Assembly: GCA_030141605.1 (NCBI GenBank)
Contig: JAQGDQ010000095.1
Span: 62,001-126,000, forward strand
Source of the DNA: Tubiluchus corallicola
Taxonomy: Eukaryota > Animalia > Priapulida
DNA: 64,000 nucleotides
Direction: 5' to 3'
The notes beneath the pieces are model-generated. The model was not told where the DNA came from. It made no database searches and saw only the letters and a program-made list of their open reading frames with translations. Both the position numbers and the translations under genes were made by a program. Of the stretch, positions 27,594 to 39,924 are shown one piece after another; the first letter of the stretch is position 1, and the number at the start of each line of letters is the position of its first letter.

Positions 27594-30500
27594 ACTCCCT
27601 TTTCCTTCCAGTTAATCATTTTACCATTATTTCTACTTTCATCTTGCCTCTTTCGCAATTTTTCACTTAGACGACCTCGATTCAGCGTACTGGCACACAG
27701 GTTACATGCCCTTACTTGGCATATGCTAACCTTCAGTTAGCTTCAAATTAATATGTATAATGAGTACTACATTACTCATCGGTTATCAACATTTTATTGA
27801 TCTGTTATGTTATCACTAATAGGAACAAAAAACACGAATGCTCTTATCCAAAAAACTACGCATTTATTCATGATTTCCCCTTTTCTCCAAATATGGGACA
27901 CCGATTACGACTATGCGTAGATGAGCGTATAGTGGCAACTGGATCAATGTGTGTACCCAGTCAGTTTTCACTTGCATTCAATGATTTCTGAGATGTGGGG
28001 TTCAATATTTGCCACAAAGCTAACGTACGTTACAGCTTATCTGGGAAAAAACGCTCTCGCGATATTAATCTATATCTCCTTACCAGAAGAGAGTGCACGA
28101 GATGATGTTAGGGAAATTCACTCTGGTGTTTGGCGGGTTTTGGGGGTAGCCGATTGTGTAAAATTCTTCTACAACTCGCGTTTGCGCTTCAAATTGACCG
28201 CTTGCGTTCGTTCATGCATTTCCGTGCTTGTCAGCTTAACTACCACTTTCACTTGAAGTTAACTGACCAGAGGTCATTGTCTTTTCATTAGTTGAAGCAT
28301 GCATAATTCAACACTTTCACTTCCGCGTGCACTGTATGTATAGATTGGAAGCTTTTCTCTACTAATTAGCTGCGTTAATACAGTTAATACTTCTTAAGAA
28401 GTTTTCAAAGCTAGAAGATTATGCGAAATGATTTGTCGTGTTCAGATTACTGAACTGCTGGCCATGTCAAAAAAGCATTATTAGTTCAGTACTGGATAAG
28501 AAAAATGCAGTACATACAGTCATGGCTTGCTATACCGGATAAGTTAATTACATTGTATATTCTGATGATAACTGATACCTTAAACCATTGCCAAAGAGGA
28601 GTTTCAACACATTTTCATTTGTATCCACTGTACCCTATGTATACACTGTATACACACATCCAAAAAAAACGAAAGCTAAGCAGTTAGCAAAAGAAAACAG
28701 TGCTGTATATTTTTGCGAGATACGAGTTCTACTTCAGTTTTGGCTTCAGTTTATACACCTGCGTATCTCATAGTATATTATTTAATTTAAGCTAGAAGTT
28801 AATTTCGTATAGTTCATTTAGTGCCTAGCTGCCTTGTATTTATAAGTGTTACAAATATTAAAATTGCTAAGTAAGGTTGTTGGCGTGTTGGTATAATAAT
28901 ACAACCGAAAAGTAACTCATGCTTGCACTATGTACTAAGAAACATTGCAGTGTTTATTAATTGTAGTCATGCATTTTTCATTTTTACCGGCTTGAGCTCA
29001 CTGAGCTGTGGGTGAACAAATGAGGCGTCATAAAAGCAGGTTTGCCGTCAGAAAAAAAAATTTCACGTTTGCTTTACTGCCCTATGGTCAATGGCGTCAA
29101 CGTCTTTAACCGATGGGGCCATTGGACTAGAATATTGATAGCCCATATCATTAGTCAAGTTGACGTGTACCAAAACCGAGAACCACAGTATGTAGGACAG
29201 CTGTAGTCGCCACCTTCTAATCTGAGGTGAAAATTTAAAGCTGAAAATAAAACCTTAAAACCGATTCTTTGCTACTACCATGGCAATTGAAACATATCTT
29301 TACAGGGAGAAAATATTTGCAATTTCGTATAGCATTGCCGATGATTGGTATTATAATATAGTCAGGCCCTACCATTTCTTTAATGTTAATGAAGTGTTTT
29401 CTTTGAACATATATTTTGTTTCCTGTATAGAACCGCGTTTGGTATGTAGATGCCATCATAGTATTGATAATGCCTTTATGATGATAAATTGACACGCATG
29501 ATTGTAAGCTGTATTTAAAGACTATCAAGTGGTTGGAAACTCGAAAGTGACCATTGGCTTGAAGTGGTAATCAGCAGTGTGAGTGACCGCTTAGGTAACC
29601 TAGCTGGACGTCAGCGTCCCCAATAAATCTTGTGGACTGCACCGCTTCGCAGCGTTAGTAATTAGGCTATTTTATTTGTAAATGCATTAATGCGCCAAAT
29701 TGTAGGTTTATGAATAAACTGTCTTTTAAGATGCGTAAATTCAAATCCGCTTTGTCAAAGATTTATATGGCGTCACGAGAAAATGACCACCGCGCAGTGA
29801 ACATTTTGTCATTTCACTTCCTTTTCGTTTTTACATGTGTGTCAGCCTTTATTTTTCATTATTTGATTTTTCTGGCATTTTTTCGGTTGATTTGTAGGTG
29901 GATGGGTGATTGTTTTCTAAAGAGGACTTACTGGCTAATTGTTTGTTTGTGTAATTAATTACTTCCTTGCTTGCTAGCTTAACTGATCCGTATAACAGTC
30001 AGTTATCCGAACAATCAGTCAATAATGTGTTCGTTGGACGACTGATGAGTGTTCAACTCACTCGACTAACTGTTCGACAAATTTTTGGCGAATAATTTTA
30101 GTTTCATTCATGTCGTACGTTGCCACAACCTGCACTTGCCTGCTTACGACAAACACTTGTTCTTGCCGCGCTTTTCCGATTATACAAAAAAGAAAATGTG
30201 AACCACGCAAGTGGACCAGTGCTGGACAATTAAATTAGGACCATTGGGCAACTAGGTTGCTACAGCCTGTGTAAACAAACCGAATAGGCTGCGAATTCTG
30301 TAATTAGATCAGAGCTTTTGTGCACGCATTCTGACCACAAAGATTTAGCTTTTTACTGACTGACCAAAGCGATTTCAGTTAAAATCTGTTCTTTGTTAAC
30401 AGTAATATAAGCCCTACATGAGATTACAAAGCAAATACTGTTTAAATCGCAAACATTGACCAACGATACCACCTGTCCGAGAGTTTGCGCTGTAGCTGTT

Positions 30501-32004
30501 TTTTATTTTTGGTAATTATGTAATTACGTTAAAACAATTTAATTTTCACTTAAATTAATTTTACGTATTATTTTATGATATAATGTCAATGAAAAGCGCC
30601 GTAAATGTAATTGCTATGTAAAGAATAAGATTAAGGTTTAACCGTAACTGCATAACATGAAATCTATGTTGATGTAGGTGGATTTATGCGCCTAAAAGTT
30701 ACCCTTTAATACAGTTTTTTGAGACCAAAAATAATTTAATTAATGTTCTTAATTGAAGGCTAGTGATTGATAAGCGGTGAAATTATAGCTGTGTTGGTTC
30801 AGTTTAATTCGTTAACCTGCACGAGTTAATGATGCCGGGCGAGTTTTAAACAACATGTGGTCTTCGTGAATAATAGTACAAACAAACTTGTAAAATTTTT
30901 CTGTAAATTACCTGCTGCCGATCACGCAATACCGAGCGTTTTTTGCACGAAAAGCGCATGCGCATGTGGGGCGGACTTAGTGGCCTGAGGTCACCCGAAA
31001 TTGGATAAGCTGAAATTCGCATTATTTTGAGCTTCAGTGTCAATTGTGCGCCTGATTTGTCCTTACCTTTAGGCTTTTGCGACCATGTTATATTATTAAC
31101 TACATTTGTTGGACATTCAATACAATTAAGTTTAAGGTAATTAATGAAGTAGAGCCGCAGTTTTACTGTCTACCTTTTCACTGTTTGGTTTAATCGGACT
31201 TTTTTTCCCCATTCACAGTAATGTGTTATTATTGTTACTGCAGTTGGGCTAAATCATTGTTTTCCGATCTCAACAGATGAAGCATGAATTTGAAAATCTG
31301 TATTGTTGGCGTTTGAGAACATTAAACTGCATTTAAAACTAAACGACAAGCTGTGAAACGAGCACCGTTTGAATATAGACTGCAGACCGCTGTATTGCAT
31401 TTTTGTTGCCATACAATCGTTAGTGTTGCACAACCAACAAGACATTATTGAGCTAGTGCGTTAAAATGACCGGCCCAAGCGTTTAACAAACGTATTAAAA
31501 AAGCATATAGTATATGGATGGTACTTGAATTCAGAATACCGAAATATAATTTTAATGTGAATTGCAGTAAAAGCACAATAAAAATTTGCCACGATTGTAT
31601 GTAATTTTAAACCATCAGTTTAAAAAACTAGATGTTTTTGTATCCCTTGTATATTGATAATGTATCATTGCTGATCGTTTTTTTAGTAAAAATTCATTAT
31701 CGGTCTAAAATTGTAGTTAAATAGATGCGTGTGACCGTGACTATCAATAATCCACCGTCCAACGTTTATTCAGAAACGTTTTATATCTTGGTGTAAAGCA
31801 AACAATGGCAATTTGCCTGTCATAGGGATAATTGTAAATCAGTGGCATTAAGGTTAAATTACATGCAACTTTGGAATAGGTCGTCAGCCTGCAACTATCG
31901 TCCAAGTTAATACAACTGTTCAACTCCGAAAGTTACGAACTCTTAACAATGACTTGTAATGCTTTAAATTTTGTCATGGGATGGCCGCACGTATGTTAAA
32001 ATGC

Positions 32005-32723
32005 TTAAAGGAAAACAGGATGATTTTTCATATACTACCCCATTTTCAAGTCTGGTAAAACATACATTTTAACGCAATTAATACTGCAAAAGCGTTTCTG
32101 ATAATTAAATAATAGATTAAAAACTTAATTAACAACTAGCGAGCCCAACTGTTGATGGCATCACAAACTAACATAATTTTCAACAGCAAAAATATTCCAC
32201 GAGCGTGTTCCACGTGTTTGCGAAAGCAAGAATTGAAGTATAGTGCTACGGTAAGATATTCAGTGTGCTGTACTAATTATACTAATGCATTTCACCATTC
32301 GCTACTTAAATGGATGCAGCACGCAAAAAAACAGGCGCTGTACCTCTCAGTTCGGTTGTTATGTGTGTGTAATACAGAGGTTCGAGAGCTCATATATGAG
32401 CACAGCGATAAACTCAAACTTCAAATTTTTAAACTTAAAGTTTGCCGAGCTTGTGTCCCACACTGGATGTTATACAGTAACACTGTGCTTAATTTTCATC
32501 TTCGCAAACACGTGTAACACGCTCGTGAAATGTTTGTGAGGTCAAAAATTGTTTTAGTTGCGACGTCGCTGACATCACTAACTGAGCTGGCCGCCGTTAA
32601 CTAAAATTTTAGCATAATATTTAATTATCAGCCATCTAACACTTTAGAATTGTTAAAGGTGTGAAAATGTATACTTTTTACCGTGCTTCAAAATGGGGTA
32701 GGATAACATCATCCTGTTTTCTT
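32005..32723. mobile_element. Family A MITE sequence as two opposed arms (inverted arm 32009-~32275; direct arm ~32280-32723)
   Basis: Starts TTAA|AGGAAAACAGGATGAT and ends ATCATCCTGTTTTCTT. The arms are diverged reverse complements. TTAA followed by AGG is typical of Kolobok/T2-type termini. Confidence 0.8.
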
Positions 32724-35384
32724 TTGTATTAAAAAAGGTGTCGGTTAGTATACCTGGAGGACGTATAATATATTATCGACTAACTAATGTCCAGGCAAAC
32801 CGTCTTACGCATGCATGACAGCTATTTAAATATCTTATAAATACTTTTTGCTGTATTATAAACTGTAATTTGGTTTGATCTGTTATGAAATTTCTTACAG
32901 TACCGCGGTTCGTTTGATACTATTCCCAAGTTAGCTAGACATTACAGCTTTATTTACTATCTGAAATACACCCTGAGGTGTAGTTAACTATATATATGAT
33001 TAATATGCACATATTTTGGTGTGTCACTTGGACATATTTAGAATGATTTTTTTTCTTATAACATAGCTCAGTTTCCCGTTAGAAGGCTGGATTTAAGTAT
33101 AGAAATTTCCTATGTTGTATTCTACTACTGCATTTGATTTTCGAAGTTGGGGTAAAACTTGAATCAACTTGAGAGGAGCTTGATTTAAAAAAATATATTA
33201 ATTTTTAACAACTATATTTACAATTTTCTACAAACAAGTATATTTTCACTGGATAGTTTACTAGTGGAATAAACAGACCTTTTGCAGCAAGGTATTTACA
33301 CCAGTTTTTTTATCAGTATTTTATATTACAGCAACATTTTTCGAGTTATAAACAGTACTGCATGAACACATAATTGCGAATTTCGGATCCATGTGTAAGT
33401 CAAAGGCCTCTTCAGCGGTAATTTAGCCCCAGTTAAAAGTGAGATAAGACGGTCCATTGAAATTAAAAGAATTGACACGAGTCGGACGTGTTGACTCAAG
33501 GTAGTCGACTTACATTTGAAAACAGAACTGGGCAAACCTGATGAGATTATCATTTGCCTCTTGAATCAGCTTTGTCTGAGCTTAACCTCACGTAGATTTC
33601 TTATTTCATTTCACATTCCGCTATACGTGCAGCAAAAATGATATAATCTGCAGATCAGGGCAGGCGCATGTGTATGTTAAGTCAGACTCAAGATCTTCAA
33701 GGTCATTATGGGTGGTACTGGTGGTACTTTAATCAAATTCACAATGAGGATGGCGTGGATTAATTTAGACTATCATGTAAGCATGAAATATCCTCCAAGC
33801 ATGGCAATACTGGCACATGGTCAACCTACATTTAACCCTTTCGTGAGATAATAATCCTATTACTGACGGTAAGAAGTTGCATGGGTTCACTGTGTCAGCG
33901 CATTTCAAAGTGGACTTCGTGATGTCAGTTGCTTATGTTGTGCATTTCAGCTGAATGCCCAAGTTCTGCAGGAAAAATACAACATAGTGAATTAATTGTC
34001 ATCTTTTTTGCTAATTTTTTAGTCGTTGTGGTAATTAAAACTGCCGAGTATGTTTTAAGCTTTTTAAAAATGCTAGGTATCCGCCTACCACATAATATGT
34101 TCATTTAAGTTAAAATAAATTGCACAACAATTGTAATTTCTAAAACGTTTCTATAAAATTTATAAGAACAAAAGCATTCAGTTAGCACCTTTTAATCCAT
34201 CATTTTTAAAAGATTGAAATAGTTAAAATAGTTATGTAAATTTAGGTGTACCGACTTGTACGTATAAATGTTATAATTTAATGTCTTGTGTACAGTTGCT
34301 TTTGAACTTTGTTCTCTTATTGGTTAAAAGTTTGCGTCCATTCCACTTCCTCGTTCTTTTTGTTTGTTTCAAAGTAATGGATCATTTTTGTAACACAGGT
34401 CTATAAATAACAGCTGATATTAAAAAAATGAAAGCACTGTGAACATTAGCAATCTAATATTTTATGGGAACATGTCAATTGCATAACGATTACTGTGTAT
34501 TCAAAGATACTAACCCTAACGTATCCTATGTAAGTCAATTACACAAAATTAAGTTAAGCCATAATAATTCTTTATACACGTGCAAACTTGTGTCGCCTGT
34601 CTTCTGGATTTGTAATATCCGTGAAGATGACAAGCACAAAATTGAATGCCGAGGTTCAGCCTAAAAAGTATGTCGAATTAAAAACTCGTTTATAAAAATT
34701 GCGTTTGACGTTTAACTGGGCTATGAAGAAACATACTGTTCAAGTTGAGTGGGAAAAGATTAAGAAAAGTGACAGTGCAGAATAATAATCCAAATCAATT
34801 GAAGTTATTAATTTCCAATAAATTCAGGTATTTAAGGTTATGTGGAAACTAACAAAAAATTCAAACCCGGGAATTAGCTCTCATCAAATAGCAGTTTGTC
34901 ATTTTCTGAAATGCGAAGGTAAATTATGGACTTGTTGACACACGTGGCCAAGTGTTATGAATTTATGCCACCAGGTTTCCTCGATTTGACGTTTAGACCC
35001 TTGTTCAATTGCTTGTCAGTATGACATCAGTCCAAAAGAAAAGTATAGTCATCAGACTGCCAGTCAAAAGCCTGAAGTTGCCTATCTCATTTATCCACCG
35101 GCGTCAAGTTGCTGGACAACCCTTTTATTGGTTCTTGATTAAATTTTTCTAGCAGAGGCTAGAACAAGATATTTAACAAGGTATTATTTTCAATTTGTAT
35201 GTTAGTATAAAATGTTTATTTTTGGGTTGTATATTTGAAGTACAAATTTACAATTTTATTTGATTGAACGCATGTAACTGCATTTGCATTTTTTAGCAGT
35301 TGTAGTACACATCGTGTATGCCAAAATGTTTTTTTTTAAGTTTTTTCAACATAGTATAAAGCTGTATTGACTTTTGAAACCATA

Positions 35385-35957
35385 GTTAGACAAAACCGGA
35401 CCCAATCTTAAACTGTAGGTCAAAACAATCTGCTCTTTATATAGAAAGGAAGCATACTATTTTTTCAAAAATGACTTACGTGAAAGAATTATTAACACAC
35501 AAACACATTTTCGCGTTCGTGCCACTAGTTCTTCTCTGTTACATGCATTTCACCATTCGCCATGTTCACTAGTACCTGCATTTTGGAAACGCATTACACA
35601 AAAAACAAGTGCTGTACCTCTCAGTTCAGATATCTTAGTTTGTGACGAACTACACACGTTCGGCAGCTCATGCGTGAGCATTTGAAATTTTAAATTTATC
35701 TGAAAATTGGCCTAGTTTTAGTACAACATACTGAATATCTTACAGTAACACTACTTCAATTTTCGTTTTCGCAAACATGTGCAACACGCTCGTGGAATAT
35801 TTTTGGTGTTGAAAATTATGTCAGTTTGTGATGTCATCAATAGTTGGGCTTGCCCGCCGTTAATTAAACTTTTAATCTATTATTTAATTATCAGAAACGA
35901 TTTTGTAGTATTAATTGTGTTAAAATGTATACTTTTTATCATCCTGTTTTCCTTTAA
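35385..35957. mobile_element. Family A MITE copy ending about 20 nt upstream of the BCL11 exon acceptor
   Basis: Colinear with 150-746. Ends ATCATCCTGTTTTCCT|TTAA (35954-57). Left boundary approximate. Confidence 0.8.
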
Positions 35958-35979
35958 CATGATTTGTTTTTGTTTGCAG

Positions 35980-36366
35980 AAGAAGAAATAGGTGGGACAG
36001 ATCTGTTGGTCTGTGGGGTTTGCCTCAAGGAGTTCTTTCTCTCTGACATTGTCAAGTTCATCCAGCATAAGGTGCATCTGTGCAACAAGGAAAATGTCCT
36101 TTTGTACAACAAAGATTGTTCACCAGATGCTGACAGTGGTGCTCTCACAGCATCAGCCTCAACACGAACTAGCATTAATGCACCCATTGGTAGTAAGTCC
36201 AGTCAGCCTGTGGACAAGTCGAGGAGATTGTCTGTGGGATCAGATGAAAATGACCGGTCATCGCGTGGTCCGTCCTCACCAAGTCGAGCAAGCCCGGATG
36301 AACACAATCCAGTGACGCCAAACAAACCAAAGCAAGTAGATGCTGAAGCAAATACTACAATTACTG
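35980..36366 (+). CDS. BCL11A: BCL11-family zinc-finger transcription factor, internal coding exon (CCHC 'ZF0' exon; 387 nt, phase 1 to phase 1)
   Basis: Acceptor ttgtttttgtttgcAG (35978-79) and donor G|GTTAGT (36367). Encodes DLLVCGVCLKEFFLSDIVKFIQHKVHLC, a C-x2-C-x14-H-x4-C motif matching the BCL11 N-terminal finger (human [28 protein letters not shown], recalled). Splices in frame to the next exon (G|AG = E of EPSNY). Confidence 0.93.
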
Positions 36367-38372
36367 GTTAGTAAATTTTTATCGTTTAACTTTAAATTTG
36401 GTTTATTGGTGCTCCATTAAAGATTATCCAAGCAGTTACAATTTTAACGTAATCTAAAGAATTCATTATGAGTAACAATTGGACTTTGAATTATACAAAC
36501 ATGTTATCAAGAAAATTAGTAAATATAAAAATAAATATATAATGGTAAATATAAAAAAAAGAGAAAATAAATGTCCTCAAAAATTATTATTATTATTCTG
36601 ATAAATCTATGTTTATTAGCCAATTATTGTATTTTTTACTTAGTATTAACCATTAACCGTATTATAAGCTTCACTCTATGTTGTCACATTGCTGTACCTA
36701 TAAAGTTTTCATGTTTCGCGTTTCACATATTTTGCTGTTTCACGTGTTCTAACAACAGATGGCAGACCATGCTATAGCTTTGGAAACTAGTATTTTCTGC
36801 TATGCCTTAACAATGTTTGATCAATTATAACAGTTTTCATGTTGACCAAAAACGTGTTTGTACTTTTCACCTATTGTACCATGGATGCATGTGACTATTA
36901 CCTAAGGTTCCCATCACTTGTTGTTTCCATGATTACAGCCTCAATGATAGAAGCACAAAGGGTTAAACCGCTGTCAACCCGTCAATCAGCTCCGCCTTGT
37001 CTTGGCTGTAAAGGTTTTTCGCAAACATACCCTGGCTGAAGCATTAAACCCGCTAATCATCGAAACTTTTCATCGCCACCTAACCTGACAAAATAGTTTC
37101 AGATAATCTTATGTAATTTCGCCTGGCACACTGAGTGCTTGATAGGGGGAGACCTTTCTATCTTCCAGTTCGCTGCAGCTAACCACCCGTTTCCGCACTT
37201 TGTTGTCTGTGTGGGTTATTGTTATCAGAGATGCTATGGGTGATTATAATTTTGAAATTGCCCGTAATTACGCATCACGTATTGATAGTTTACTAAATAA
37301 ATTTTATTTGTCCAGGTCATTTGCTCGAAATTTTGGCCTAGTCTTTGTCTTTGACCCCGGTATCCACCCAAGTTTTGTCATTCACTCCCATGATTGTTGC
37401 ATGCAACGTGTTTAAAGCAGTTAGTTAAGAGGAAGACTCTATAGCAAGGGTGCAGTTGGTCAGAAATATTTGAACTAAAATTAGCGTGAAGCTATGACTT
37501 ATAAAATAATATTAACTGTTAATATTGTTATTTATAATGTATACAATTGCACATGTTTATGATTCTAACCATGCAGATGATTGTTCTTTTTTATTTCATA
37601 CCTATACCTTTTAATTTCGTTGAGTAGGGGAATATTTCTCATTGATTAAAAACAAGCAGACCGAGAAATTTCTATAGCGAATCTGCACCAATGTTATAAA
37701 GAAATATTAGAACCGATGTGTAGAACCGATTCTGTAGAGAACATGTTTTTTATTGGTCAGTTTGGCCAGTCCACATAAATAATTGCTCGCCTACTTCGCT
37801 TATCAATGCAGGGAAAGGCGGAGTTTATCTGAGATGAAGAAACGGAGGTGTTTTTACTGAACCTTGGTCAAATAATTGTAAAACAGAGACCATAATTCTT
37901 CATCACATTTTCTTGTAGACTCTTCTTTAAACCTTCGATACCTATTTATAGAACATATTTTAGCAGTTCAAATAGGTCTAAGATTACTTACGCAGTGTCA
38001 TTGGAAAGATGTAAAGATTGTAAATCTACTACATGTACATTTGGATTTTTTGTAATTAGTAATTATCAACTTGATTTATAATTTTAAAATGGTTACAGGG
38101 AGATCTAGAGTCCAGGCGCCGGACCTACCTACCATCCTACTTGTTTGTCTTATTTATTTAGCTATATTTTTCTCCTGTTAGTTTCACTGGTCGTTTAGAG
38201 CAATTTAAAAAGCAGTCAGCAAAAAAACAGAAAAAGACAAAATAAACGTGTCCCAAATTTATCATGGGCTGCGAAAAGAGACGGTATGCTATTACATGTA
38301 TTATTTTTTTACAATTTGCTCACCAATTATATCAAACTGCTCAGAAATTAACAAACACGTCCCATTTCTTAT

Positions 38373-38501
38373 GACCGGGGTTGAATTTTTTCAGGGTAAA
38401 ATCTTTGTACAGTACGATCAAGGTAGATAAGAAATTCGTACGAAGTTTTTTTGAATTCATCTTACGAAAGTTCCTACGAACATTTTAACGAATCCCGGCC
38501 C
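38373..38501. mobile_element. Short decayed MITE-like element
   Basis: Imperfect terminal inverted repeat gaccggggttg / gaatcccggcc, with internal repeats cgtacgaa, cttacgaa, cctacgaa. Confidence 0.3.
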
Positions 38502-38819
38502 ATTTTACTTCAAAATTCTAATTCTGAAATTCAGCTCTGGAAAAAAGTTCAAAAAGGAATAAAAAAACCAGAACAATTTAAGAGAATAGCTATGATTTCT
38601 GATCAAACGAAAATTTGCACAGTGGTTACAGATTAACCGCGAAATTAAATTCACGTTTGAAATCTCGTTTGGCTAAGTTTACAACGTCATTATCATCAAC
38701 AGCTTGATGTAATTAATATCTTGGTTAGCAGAGCGTCGTAATAACAGTCAATAATGACAAATAACGAATAGTGTATTACCCATTTTGATGCTTTTCCAGT
38801 TTTTTGTGTTGAAAACGCC

Positions 38820-39260
38820 CTTGAGTCAGCTGCATTATTGACCAGCGGATACCAGTTATGCGTTTTGTGTAAATTTGCATAGACAGTAATTATGCGCGCC
38901 GCCTTGTCACGTGACCGCGAAAAACCTTATCCCAACACTGCAATCAATTACTCCCAGCGTAACCTGGACAAATATGGCAAAAATTGAAGCCCAGAATTAT
39001 TTTCTTAATAGAAAAGGGGTGACGGAAAGCATGGCGGCATGCCGTTGCTAGGCGATGACGTTGTCTTGCAGCATCCACTGGTCGCCGCCATTTGACTTCA
39101 TAAATTTATGTAGAGCAGGAGCAGTAAAGCGTTAGGATAATATTCGTGTTGAAAACTCAATTTGCAATCATTTGGCCGCTTCATTAAAATTTTGTCCATT
39201 AAGAGGTATTAGTCAATGTTATAAACGTCAGTATTAGAGAAGTGGATCTGCATGGCGGCT
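38820..39260. promoter_or_regulatory. Putative intronic enhancer or internal promoter island
   Basis: Locally GC/CpG-rich. TGAGTCA (38822), GTCACGTGAC (38906-15), X-box-like GTTGCTAGGCGAT (39044-56), YY1-like ATGGCGGC / GCCGCCATTTG (39031, 39084, 39252). Confidence 0.4.
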
Positions 39261-39924
39261 ACAGAATTTAGGCCATTTCACACATTTCAAATTACATTCT
39301 AACCAATCTTCAGCCACAGTTTAGCTGCAAGAAAGCACTTTTACAATTATTGAATGTTTCGTCTGATTTCAGTAATTTTACAACTGATGCACTGATTACA
39401 AGTTATGCATGGTTATTTATTATTGGTAAATTACCAGCAGTTCATTAGCAGCAGGTTTATTTGAGAAAATTTAGTACCGAATAACCCATCAAGAGCCGCA
39501 TTATCAAGCAAAACCCGATTTTATATAAAATATGCCGGCAGTGTAAACGGTTAGGATGACCAGCTTAAAATAACATTTGATGGTTTTATAATAAATTTTT
39601 TTCATCTATTTTTCATGATTTATTTACATCATTCAAATAACTAAGGCAAATAAAAAAATGTAAAATATACTAATAATTGACCTACATCTTTGTGTACACT
39701 GTATACTTCATACTAGAATAAACGTGTGAAGCAAACACTACATTGTTTGTTAAGATTCTGGCAGAATCTTGTTAATTTACCAATGGTTTTTGTTTACTCT
39801 TTGCGCCTTTTTTTTATTTTTTAATATGATTGTTTTTTACAGCAAATGATTCTAATTTTTTATAATAAAAAATTACAAACGATTTTAATAAGCATTTTAA
39901 GTAAATTTTATTTTATCGTTTCAG

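Larger units (their letters stand above)
36367..39924 (+). other. GT-AG intron (phase 1) of the BCL11 gene
   Basis: GTTAGT donor and T-rich tract ending TTTCAG; removing it restores the reading frame ...NTTIT-E-PSNYIC. Confidence 0.9.

Noticed and set aside
37425-37930. Possible further TTAA-flanked MITE (gaagactcta / tagactcttctttaa)
   Set aside because: The terminal match is too short and degenerate to support by eye.
39846-39924. N-terminal extension MILIFYNKK... of the 694-aa ORF
   Set aside because: AT-rich intronic sequence upstream of the acceptor; homology starts at EPSNY.
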